NCBI GenBank assembly: GCA_973895155.1
Contig: OZ316899.1
Coordinates: 15,527,974 to 15,591,973 of the forward strand
DNA from: Marsupella aquatica
Taxonomy: Eukaryota > Plantae > Marchantiophyta
DNA: 64,000 nucleotides
Reading direction: 5' to 3'
A program made the position numbers and the translations under genes. Below the pieces are notes generated by a model that saw nothing but the letters and a program-made list of their open reading frames with translations, made no database searches and was not told the DNA's origin. This document shows positions 47,841 to 58,887 of the stretch, piece by piece; the stretch's first letter is position 1; each line of letters starts with the position of its first letter.

Positions 47841-50800
47841 GGAAGACAAACACAGCAACTGGCACGTTATTGCGTAAGGACCATCATCGTGTCAATGGGA
47901 TCACAATGCTCAAATCCGAATGGCCAAAGGTTCTGGCTGAGGCGTATGGGGATGACAGGTTAGATAAGGAATGGCAAAGTAATGGGGGTAGCCAAGGCAA
48001 GGTAAGGCACATTTTGTTGGGGTTGGATACCGCGCATAATGTCCAATTATGGCGATACAAGCAGAGGCGCGTGTACATCCCAGAGTCTCTAAGGTTAGAG
48101 GTTTTGCAGAAGTACCACAACTTGCCCTGGGGAGGGCATGGCGGACAAGCTGCTACGTATCGCAGCATGTCACATGATGTGTATTGGCCAGACATGAAGC
48201 AATCGGTCCTTCGCCACGTGCAAAGTTGTTACTCGTGCCAAAAGAACCAAATGGTCTATAGGGCAAAAGGAGGATTTCTTCAACCCTTACTAGTAGCTGT
48301 GGCTCCATGGACTTCATTGTTGGGTTACCTAAGTCTCACGGCAGTAACTCCATCTTAACAATTGTGGATCGTTTTTCCAAGATGGCGTATTTCTTGCCAA
48401 CTACGAAAATGGTTTCGACCCGAGAGGTTGCCGGTCTAGTGTTTGAGAATGTATTCCGACAATGGGGATTGACGTTGCATATCCTGTCCAACCGTGATAC
48501 CAAGTTCACGGGCCATTTTTGGAAGGCGTTGTTTTGGTTATCCGGAAAGGACCTTACTAGGGGATCAGCGTATCATCATGAGACAGATGGCCAAATAGAA
48601 CGGTGTCGCGAGGACTTAAAGTTAGGGGCTCCTCAGGCAAATTACGCGTTTTTGGCTGCAATCAGGACAGGTGACAAGCACTTTTTGGAGCGAACTCTCA
48701 CTCCTTTATATTTTTTACTTTTCTCACAAAGGTTACAATAGGTGCCCTCGAGTAAGCTTGCCCGCAAGAGTCTGGTAACTGGCTCTACGGCGGGCCGCTA
48801 CCTCTAACTTGTCGGGTAGAACTCCTCGAGTGACTAGCTACTCAAAATCTGACGGAAAAACTATCCTCCTTAGCTCACAAAACCAAAAACTTGACTAGTT
48901 ACTCCACTAGTCTAAAATAGCTCGCACAAAACTCGGGCCTGGACCAAACGAGGCTCCAAACTCAAGAAATCCCCGCCTGGATCAACGAGACTCCAGACTC
49001 GAGAAATTCCCCGCCTGGATCGAAAACTCCCCACCTGGATCAAAAACTCACTTGGAACTCCAAAACCGTCGCACAACAATCGAGTTCCGCAGAACGGAGC
49101 GGAACTCATAGAACGCAACTCAATAGATCTCAATAGACAACCGCCAACCTCAATGAGCCGAGGGTCAAGTCTTAAGTAGCATTGGAAACCCAACCATCCA
49201 GCCTGAGCTAGCTGCCAGCAGCGAGGGTCATCCAAACTCCAAGCCTGGTGACTCACCCAAACACCAAATCTGGTGACGACGAGTCACCCAATCGCCAAAC
49301 CTCAATCCATCCAACCAAGCAGCCCCTCTGAGTCAGCCTACACACAACCCAACCGGGAGACCTCGCCCATCATCCCCTATAAAAGCCATTCCTGAGCCAA
49401 AATCTTTCGGCACGACATCCTCCCCCAGTAAACCTGAGCAGCCTCCGGTCTGCTCCAATCCATCAGATTTCCTCTAAGTCTGAGTCCAAACTCGAGCCAT
49501 GCGCCTGGACCATTTCCTCCTCAAGAAACTCAAACCCAAAGCCTTCAGACTCGGCCTTAGGCACTCCACTTTCCAGAAACTTGAAGTCCAACTCATCTGA
49601 ATCAGAACCAGTCAAGCCACTTTTGAAACTCAAGTCCAACGGATGCGCCTGGACCAGTGCCTCATCTTCAAATTCACTCAAGTCAGAACTTGAGTCCATT
49701 CCCTTCTTGGTCCTCCTCTTGAAGATCTTCACCCTTTTCCCTGCGTAAGGTACTTGGTGAACTGTTCCATCCAACTCCCGAATAGTATAGGTCGCATTCG
49801 CATGAACAGCAACCACCACATACGGACCTTGCCACCTCCGAGCAAACTTGTTTCGGCTCAAGTGTTGTTCGTCCAACTTACTTTTGTAAACCAGAACCCA
49901 ATCCCCTTCCTTAACCAAGACAGGCCTCAACCGATGAGTCCTGTCGAACCTGCCCTTGTTCCTTAACCTCGCCATCTTCAATTGCTTCCGAGCCACCTCA
50001 ATCTTTGCGGGTAACAAGTTGAAGTGTTCGATCCTTTGAGCCAGCAACTCCTCTCTCAAAACTTCATCTTTCCATCCAATCAGTCGCCAGCTGCAAACAT
50101 CTTTCTCGAGTGGCATCATCGGCAAGTGCCCAGTAAGTAGCTCAGCCGGAACGTATCCGGTCACTGAGCTACAAGTCATCTGATCCGCTAACAGAGCAAG
50201 TGGAAGGAGACTTGACCACCTGCCCAAGTCCCCATCACAAGCCTTAACCAAAGCGCCCACAATCTGGATGTGCCCCCTTTCAGATTTCCCATTGCCTTAA
50301 GTAGCAATCGGAAACCCAACCATCCAGCCTGAGCCAGTTGCCAGCAACGAGGCTCATCCAAACTCCAAGCCTGGTGACTCACCCAAACACCAAACCTAGT
50401 GATGACGAGTCACCCAATCGCCAAACCTCAATCCATCCAACCAAGCAGCCCCTCTGAGTCTGCATGCACGCAACCCAACCGGGAGGCCTCGCCCATCATC
50501 CCCTATAAAAGCCATTCCTGAGCCGAAATCTTTTGGCACAACAACGGGTGAATGGTATTGTGGAGGACTACTTGCGTCACTTTGTGATGGCCAATCAAAA
50601 GGATTGGGCAAATCACTTAACAATGGCCGAGTTTAGGTATAACTTGACCAAGCATTTGGCAACAGGGTTTGCATCGTTTGTGTTGGCCACTGCGAGGACG
50701 CCAAGGGCACCCTCCTGGCTCATAAATACGGAAGCTTGGCGGACGGAAAGCAAGGTTCCTTCCATGGACAATTTTATTCGAGAGCGGCGCCTAGTTGTGG

Positions 50801-51354
50801 AAGCGGCTACCAAGGGTAAGGGTATGACCCTTGCCCAAAGTCGGTACAAGGAGCAAGGGGATAAACATTGACGCCAGGTAAGCTTTGAAATTGGGAGAGC
50901 ATCTGGTTGCAGTTGAGACCTGAGCAATACCACAGGAACATAAGTAGGAAGCTGGCTCCCAGATATGCGGGGCCCTATCGCATCATACAATGGGCCCACA
51001 AGGATAATCTAGTTTGGGTGGTGTTGCAGACACCCAAGGAAATGGGCGTGGGCAAAAGCACACCATGTTAGCCGGCTCAAGAAATTTGTCAAAGATGATG
51101 ATCCCAACCGGGATCAGGTCTTGCATCCAGATGCCATGCTAGTGGAGGACGCGGAGGAGTTTGAGGTGGAGGCAATTCTGGGCCACCGTGACAAACGCAA
51201 GTTGGGAAGGAAAAACTTAGAGTATTTGGTGAAGTGGGCTGGCTATGATCAGGCCGAGAGTACTTGGAACCGGAAGAAAATTTGGGTAATGCCTCAGAGA
51301 TCCTTGGAAGCTATCGTAAGCAAAGCTGCCTACCGCCGTTGTGAACTGGTATAG
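47841..51354 (+). pseudogene. pol: Chromovirus pol 3' part (RNase H end, H2C2, integrase, GPY, chromodomain); segments 47841-48603 and 50548-51354
   Basis: HNLPWGGHGG...CYSC, MDFIVGLP...VDRFSKM, TDGQIER|VNGIVEDYLR, RYAGPY, FEVEAILGHR...EYLVKWAGY...STW. Confidence 0.92.
48604..50543 (-). mobile_element. Family-3 copy C (1,940 bp): complete 3' LTR 48604-49417, PPT, integrase tail fused to a partial 5' LTR (50296-50543)
   Basis: 4-bp TSD ACGG (48600-48603 and 50544-50547). PPT ACTGGGGGAGGA at 49429-49418. Confidence 0.9.
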
Positions 51355-54300
51355 GCAACTGCAGCTACCTTTGTGAGTTGTACCCTAGTTTCACTCCTCT
51401 TGGCCTCTTAAGGATAAAGTCGGATCGAGTGGGTGCTAGAGGTTGTTGGGCGGCCAATTTGCTTTTTGCGAGTGGAAGTTGATGGTGCCCGCCTTACATC
51501 TGTGGGCGGGCTGGTTTGAACTAAAGGGGAGTACACCAAGGGGAGGACAATGGGTCCAACGAGTTTGGAGTTAGCTTACCCGCTTGGACTGGCATCCTAC
51601 TCAGATAAGTGGGATAGGTTGGAATTTCCTAAGTTTAGAATGCGCACATCAACCTGGTTTGCATCAGCCTTATGGGCAAACCATTTGTTACCTCATAAAA
51701 TTTTTAAGATCTAAAGTGGTCTAGGCGTGCTGGAACGTTTACTGAGGTCACCCGAATGTGACCATTTTTAAGGGGTGGTGCAAGTCGCGGAACTCAACTA
51801 CCTTAACGCTTAGCTCCGGTGTCACTGACTCCGACGCCGAGCTCCCTTATGGTCCAGGCCCAGATAGGCCATCTGGGGAGGACTTTTTTATTTTTATTTT
51901 TTAAATATGTTTATTCCGCGTGAACGTTCCAGCACGCCCAAGGGCAAAAGACCCAGAGGGGGAGAACAAACAAAACAGAATAAACATAGGAGCAAAACAA
52001 GCTCCCGGAGGTCAAGAGAAAATATGACAGAGGTGCATCAGGCAGGCAAAGTGGCCTTGCTCAAGAGATAATACGTCTAATCCCTAAGCTCATAAGTCTA
52101 GAGCGCTCATTAACTAAAAGGGTCCTAGCTCCGATCAGACGATAGTGTTTGCGGTCCAAGGTGGCTAGAAGCGTGGCAGCCACAACGGTGAGATGATCCA
52201 AGGTCTCCGTAATCAGACCCACCTGGTCAAAGGACCTAACACATGAATGATCAAAAGTATGCGCATTTTGCGCCAGCCAGATGTGCCAAAGAACCTGATA
52301 AGTAATGAACATCCAAAGTGAAAGTAAGGGTATTTGTTGGCGGCAGGAGAGGATAATATCCAGCAGAGTCTGAGATCCTCCAAAAAGTGCCCCATGCATC
52401 CAGCTCCATATCATGGTCCAATATCGGCGGGCATATTGGCAGAGGAAAAAGATGTGTGGGATAGATTCAATAGTACCAGGGTAAAGGCGACAGGTACCGT
52501 CGGATTTCTTTATCTTTAAGGCTCTAGAGCCAGAGAAAAGTCCCTGAGCAAGGATCCGCCAAATGAAAACCTCAGCCCAAGAAGCAAGGTCGGAAGACCA
52601 CAGAGTTCTCCAAGTCAAGTTCCAGGTCTCATCAGAGAGATTGACACCCCAGATTCTATTAAGGCAAATATGATCAGAGCCTTTAGGGCGAAGCATATCA
52701 TAGACCCGAGAGTTAGCAATACCAAAACCTTTCAAATCCTTCTCACAGTCACTCCACCTCCACAACCTGGTAGAGAGTTCAGTCCCTTGTCCACCAATAT
52801 GAGATCCATGAATGGTGTGAATAAGAAGTAAGCATTGTTGATGTCCCATGATAGTCAAGTCAGCCGGTCTGCAATATTCCTCCAAGAGTCGTCACCCGGG
52901 GACCAAAGATCTCTCAAAGTCCTGAATCCAAGTTGCCCATACGCTTCGATAACTTCCATTATGGTGCATTCAGGCAGGTTGTAAAAACCTAGCAAACATC
53001 TTAGCATATCTTCCAAACCCCAGTGTCCAGGGATGACAAGGGCGCCAGGACAGAAAATGAGGTTTTCTCTTACCAGCACCCAGGAGCTCCACAACCTTCA
53101 TGTGTAGTCAAGTTTCCCAAAAGATTGGGGGGTACTCAGTAACAGCTTGTCAGCCAGAGAGTAGCAGTTGCGGCGAATGGTCTTATAGTTGCGCCACTTC
53201 GTCAGATTGAGGTTCACAGCAAGCATCTGAGCCCATTCGGAATCAGGATGGTCAAGTGCACTAGTAAACCATTTGCTTAACAGAGCATCAGAGTGGGATT
53301 TGAAATCCTTCAGGCCAAGTCCACCTTCACACCTGGGCCGAGCCATCTTGTCCTATGCAACCAGCGGTATTCTCCAACCCCCGCCCGGGTTAGAGCCCCA
53401 CAAGAAGATGCAATTAAGAACTGTTAGTTTCTTTGTGAGGGAGGCAGGGGATTGGAGGAACATCATATGATAGATCGAGATGGCTTGGAGAACATGCCGA
53501 AGCAACATCAAATGCCCAGTGAAAGAAAGGAATCGAGTAGACCAAGAAGATAAGCGGGCACCAATACAATCCAGAACAAAATCATGCAGCTGGTTCTCAG
53601 ATAGATCATAGCCAAAAGGGGCCCCCAGATAGCGCTGAATAGAACCTCGCTCACTGATCCTACAGCCAGTAGCACGAAGCCAAGGGGGATTCCCTCCACT
53701 GAGAGAGGGATAATGGTCAACTTGTCCCAATTGATCTTAGCATCCGTTGCGGATTTGTAGCAGCCAAGAGCTCCCCAAGCCTGATCAACAGTGACAGCGG
53801 TGGCAGGGGTAAAGAAACCCAGATCATCAGCAAAAAGGCGAAAGGAAATATTCAAAGAAGGGGTAATCTGTAGCCCCTGCAATCGACCAGCATCAATTTC
53901 AGCATGACAAAAGTCCATGAAAGGTTGCGTGGAGATAGCAAAGAGTAGAGGTGAGAGAGGACATCCTTGTCACACCCCACGGGTCATGCCAATATTCTCA
54001 ATCCACAGTCCATTCACCAGGACCTTAGAACAAGCATTACTCAGCAGCAAAGTTATCAAGAAGATGAAGCGAGAGCTCAGGCCCAGCAGGTTCATAGTTT
54101 CCCAGATGTATGAGTGATCGACACTATTGAAAGTCTTCTTGAAACCAAATTGCAAGAACAATGCAGGTGTTTGAGTTAAGTTGATCCAATCGTTCACCAG
54201 CCATGCCAGCAAAATGTTCTCAAGAATATGGCGGCCCGGAATGAAGCCGGTTTGCTGAGGATCTATTAGTTGTGGGAGGAGGGATTTCAATCTCATTGCA

Positions 54301-56136
54301 AGCAGGTTGGCAATGAGTTTGTACATGATGGTTAACATGGTCAACGGCCTCCAATCTCTAAGTCTTCTCTTGTCAGTTTTTTTGGGAATGAATCGAATTA
54401 CCCCATCCTTGATTCCGGAAGCAAGATGACCAGTCCTCCAGAAATCACAGACCATGGCATAGAGGTCCGCTTTCATAAACTCCCAGCAAGAGCGTAGAAC
54501 TTCAACAATCATCCCATCTATACCAGGTGCCTTGTCATAGGGTAGAATCAAAAGGATCTCATGCAGCTCCTTCAATGATGGTAGTGCCTCTAATCTTCTA
54601 TTTTCAGTCGCAAAAGGGGAAAAATGTGTATGCTCTGAAAGTCTACGGCAAGCAGCCCGCATCTCAGTCAACTCTTGAAAGGTCTTCACAGTGAGGGAGT
54701 AAAGTGACTCACAGTACCTTTGAACTTCTCGTATTACCAATTTCTCCTCCCGGATCTCAACTCCATCCTCGGTGATAAGAAACTCCATATTCTCACGAGA
54801 GCGCTTGGTTTTCACCATTGCAAAGTAGAACTTGGATGGTTCATCTCCATGCCCCAGCCAATTGATTCTAGACAGTCTTCGATAGTGGTGAGCATCCTTC
54901 AACTCCACCTCACGAACACAAGCATCAGAAGAGTAAAATTCCAAAAGGGTGTCTGGTGAATAGTCTTCCATAATTGTCACTTTTAGAGTGCGCAACTTAT
55001 TCCTCAATCTTTCCATTTCTGCCTCCCTTGGAATCGGAGTAGATTGTAGGTCCATGTAGCATCTTCTAAATCTCTGATAGGCAGTGGCAAATCTTAGGTG
55101 GGGGTCAAGAGGGGGATCGAAATCCCCCAACCAAGCAGCAGCCAACAAATCCAAATTACCCGTGTCCCTGAGCACCATAGGATTGGCCTTAAAGTAGGTA
55201 GCTCTTTTGCAACCCGATGCAGCTGGGCGGATGGGTGTGAGTCGAAAAGAAATGAGAATAGGATCATGGTCCAAGAGGGCAGATGATCCGTCATGCTTAA
55301 GCTCAAGAATTTCTTCAATCCATAGCCCCTTCTCACTAATGTAGGAGCGGTCAAGTCGGGATTGAAAGAGCCTACCATTGCAAATCCCGCGCCAGGTAAA
55401 AAGAGATCTCGACACCGAACCCAAAATGTCTCTGACATCTAGCAGATCAAAAAGGATTTGTAAGAAGCGCCAGAATTCCAATTCCCAGCCCCGGAGAAGA
55501 AGGGACGGGCCCGTAGAGTCAGAGCGGCTCTCAGTCATGTTGAAATCTCCACCAATGATCCATCAATTGTGGGGCAGCACGTTGAGAAGTCGTTCCATAG
55601 CAAGATCCGATCACTAGTGGAGTTGGGTGCGTACAGGCTGAGAAAGCCAAAATTGCCCTCCGAATGCTCTAGTTGTACCCACACAGCACGACCTCCCCCA
55701 ACAGTGCCATTGGAAGTTACTTTGAAAGCCGGGTTGATCAAAATGGCAGCACCTCCGCGGCCCTCCTCAGGGCCAGAGTGTGACGCCGCCGGTACGGCGG
55801 TTAATGAGTGATTCAGTCTAACTGCGCTCGGCACGAGCGTTAGGTGGGTCTTAGGCCGCTATTATTAGCATAACGACAGTATTTAGGTAATCATTAGGGG
55901 TAGGACATCATTAGGCAATAAGGGGGACTTCAGGTTCGGGCTGGCGGCGGGTCGCTATTCGCACACCCGGGTTACGAGCGTGGAGGGGCCCCTCCCTCGG
56001 GTCCGTATAACGAACTTAAGGAAGCGGCCACTGACGCACGCTGACTCAGACCGGTGGAGTGGCCGGTACACCACAAGCGTGAGCGGTTCAACCTATGGGC
56101 GGCGAGGAGACGTCGGGGATCGACAAGCCCTCAAAG

Positions 56137-56143
56137 TATAAAA
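56137..56143 (+). promoter_or_regulatory. Candidate TATA box of the family-2 LTR
   Basis: GTATAAAAGGGG followed by a pyrimidine-rich leader, ~105 bp upstream of ATG 56245. Confidence 0.55.
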
Positions 56144-56244
56144 GGGGAGCCAACCCTTTGTAGTGCACCAGTCCATCAGTCCGCGCGCCAGCTTCGACCC
56201 CAGCTCTCTCGTTCTCTCTAGGTCGCCACTACTATCTCCTCTGA

Positions 56245-58887
56245 ATGTCGCACACGATCCTCTCCAGCTCGGCCATTCGATTCTGGACGCAGTTCCTATC
56301 TACCGGAAGGCACTTGGCCGATTCATTGAAACACGCCAACCCGCGCCGATACGAGATCGAACGCGAATACGAGAGAGCCATCCGCCTAGCAGGACGACAC
56401 CACTACGTCCTTAACTTTGACTACCCGTCTCAGAGCGAGCTTTACCGACCAGCTGAGGTATCTGGGTACTTCTTCAATGGAGACAAATATATCGGGTTCT
56501 GGGAAGCATTGCTTCGGCTTCCGGACGAGGTCTTCAATATCCCGGGTACAATCGACCTGCAGCGACATCACTTCGACCACATCCCTGCCCAGGTTCGGGC
56601 TGTCATTAACGGCGAGTCCAGCACCAACCGTTCGACAAGGGCGTCCGCACTCGCTTCGGAGAACTTCTACCAGCACCTACAGAGCTTCATGGGAACTCGG
56701 CCATCAACCAACATGACCAACTCAGCCGGACCCGTACCCGTACCCGTACCCGTGCCCATGCAACCTCAGCTTCAGCTTCAGCCTCAGCCGCAGCCTAGCC
56801 AAACCCCACCACCTATCACCCAGCCAGCACAGGTACGCTCCGTCATCAACGCTGTGGATCTTAGCGATGACGACGAGGCTACCCCACCCTTGACCAGGCG
56901 GCCCAGAGGAACAAGCGCTCGGGGGGCCGACACTATATCGTCCCCACCCCCTGCTCTGACCCCAGGAGCGGCCCCAGCAGACAACATGGTGACCGTGGCC
57001 GCCCCGGGCCCGTTACCAACCGCAGTGGCACTCCCCAGGCCCGATCGGGAGGATGGGGAAGTATCACCTTCCCCGAGTCAGTCACGGGGAAAGAAGAGGA
57101 AGGAATCCGCCAGTGCATCCGGGTTACCGTTGGCCACGGTAGCCGTAGCCAAGGTAACGATGCATCGCATGGGGGAAAACGTTCACAGCAACATCCTCCA
57201 TCCCAAGCATGCGGTGTACCTGAAGACTCAGGGATTTGAGCACCTCGCCTCTCTCCCCTGGAACACTTGCAGGTACTACGGGGAGGACATGACAGAATTC
57301 GTCAAGAATTATGACGACGTACGTCAACAGACTCGGCTGCGGGGAAGGAATATGTCCCTCACAGAAGAACGGCTCAAGATGATCTTCGGGTTACCCGAAG
57401 GTGACCATCGAGTCGAATCACGGGCTCCCAGGGGCAAGGGGGCCAAGTACCAATCTTCAAGTTTTCCCTCAGAGGGATCAGTAGACAACGGGTTCGTGAT
57501 GAGGACCTGCCTCATGCCCGAGATAGCTGAGCGGCTGGAGTTCCAGAGGTACGCTCTCCACATGATGGAACCCCGGGGGGAGATCTCCGCCGCCCAGGTC
57601 ATCCAGGTCGAGAACTATCGACCTAGGAAATGGGCGTCGTACTTCGCTAAGAAATTCCATGAAGAGATGGAGCGGCGAAGGAAGATGCTGTACATTGGCG
57701 GGAAGGCGTATTTCGCTAGCCACATCGAAATCATTCTTGAGTGGTACGCCCGGTTTGATCGACGAACCCTTCCCCGCATCAACGTTACAAAGCTGGTCCC
57801 AGCTAGGTGGGTTTTTCCGGCATTGGAGAGACGGCCCCAACCCGAGGCCCGAAGTCCAGTGGACACGCCAGCTTCACCCACCCCACCTCCACAAATAGCT
57901 GTAATCGTAACCGAGGAGGCACCGGAGGGGTCGGTCGTTGCAACCGTTGATGCGACCCAACTAGCCGGGCTAAGTACAGAAGTTGGTACGGCAGAGGTCT
58001 TACCCGAACCCGGGTCTCCCAAGGACCCGCCGGTGGCAATCCCGGAGAACCGGACATCGCTGCAGGAGGATACTCCGGCCCTTTCCAACGTTATGTCCCC
58101 AGGGCTGGACGTCACTGCCCCGGCCCCTGCGCGTGTTGATGTCTGCCCGTGCCCAAATCCGGACAGGCACAACTTGGACCACCCGGAACTCTTCGTACAG
58201 GGTACGTTTCTGAACGGGCTTCTGGGAGATTTCTCTCATCAAATTGCCCGGGATACCGGGGAGTTCATGGCCCGGAAGGTAGCCTGTTTCTTCAATCAGG
58301 AGTTGGTTGCCGCCGTAAAGGCAGGGCGGGCCCAGTCGGAGGCCCTTCAGAGGATAGAGCGGTACCGGGTGGAGTCCGTGTACCTAAAGAACGAAGTGGC
58401 GGCTCAAGAGGCTGAGCTTCTGCAACTACGACCCAAGGTTGCAGCCGCCGATGAGTTGTTAGCAAAGGCGTACGCTCTTACCGCCCTAGCCGAACAGGCC
58501 AAAGCTAGGAACGAGGCCGAGATTACACGACTCCGGAACCAGATTGACAGTTTGAAGAAACAAGCTGTCACCTGGCAGAAAGACCTGGAGGAGGCCGAGG
58601 AGCGAGCCCAGCGGGACGCGACGGAGATAGCCACGCTGCAGGCCGAGATGGCGCGGCTCCAAACCGAGGCCGAGAAGCAGGACCAGCTGGCGAGTAAACT
58701 GACGAGCGACGCCCAGCAGCTGGAGGAGGCATGTCAGGAGGCAGCAGAGGAGACGGACGCGGCGAGGCGAGAGAACGAATCTCTGCTGGACCAGGTCCAG
58801 CTCCTCAAAGCGGACAATGACAGGCTTCGAAGGCAGCGGGATGGCCGTTCCCATTCGGGCGGCTCTGGCAAGCGTGCCAGGCATTAG
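56245..58887 (+). CDS. 880-aa LTR-encoded protein (plant-transposon-protein-like domain, P/Q-rich linkers, C-terminal coiled coil, basic tail)
   Basis: Uninterrupted ORF. GFEHLASLPW...MTEFVKNY...RLRGRNMSLTEERLKMIFGLPEG aligns by eye with family-1 GLEAFVKLPW...LLEFVGSW...RVYGKDFYLTPRVIAEVFGLPMG. Confidence 0.85.
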   Translation: MSHTILSSSAIRFWTQFLSTGRHLADSLKHANPRRYEIEREYERAIRLAGRHHYVLNFDYPSQSELYRPAEVSGYFFNGDKYIGFWEALLRLPDEVFNIPGTIDLQRHHFDHIPAQVRAVINGESSTNRSTRASALASENFYQHLQSFMGTRPSTNMTNSAGPVPVPVPVPMQPQLQLQPQPQPSQTPPPITQPAQVRSVINAVDLSDDDEATPPLTRRPRGTSARGADTISSPPPALTPGAAPADNMVTVAAPGPLPTAVALPRPDREDGEVSPSPSQSRGKKRKESASASGLPLATVAVAKVTMHRMGENVHSNILHPKHAVYLKTQGFEHLASLPWNTCRYYGEDMTEFVKNYDDVRQQTRLRGRNMSLTEERLKMIFGLPEGDHRVESRAPRGKGAKYQSSSFPSEGSVDNGFVMRTCLMPEIAERLEFQRYALHMMEPRGEISAAQVIQVENYRPRKWASYFAKKFHEEMERRRKMLYIGGKAYFASHIEIILEWYARFDRRTLPRINVTKLVPARWVFPALERRPQPEARSPVDTPASPTPPPQIAVIVTEEAPEGSVVATVDATQLAGLSTEVGTAEVLPEPGSPKDPPVAIPENRTSLQEDTPALSNVMSPGLDVTAPAPARVDVCPCPNPDRHNLDHPELFVQGTFLNGLLGDFSHQIARDTGEFMARKVACFFNQELVAAVKAGRAQSEALQRIERYRVESVYLKNEVAAQEAELLQLRPKVAAADELLAKAYALTALAEQAKARNEAEITRLRNQIDSLKKQAVTWQKDLEEAEERAQRDATEIATLQAEMARLQTEAEKQDQLASKLTSDAQQLEEACQEAAEETDAARRENESLLDQVQLLKADNDRLRRQRDGRSHSGGSGKRARH

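Noticed and set aside
51355-51870. Ribozyme or structured ncRNA (e.g. GGTCAC...GTGACC hairpin)
   Set aside because: I could not identify a hammerhead or HDV core by eye; an Infernal/Rfam scan would be needed.
56245-58887. Retroviral env gene
   Set aside because: No signal peptide or transmembrane segment is evident, and it has basic NLS-like patches instead.
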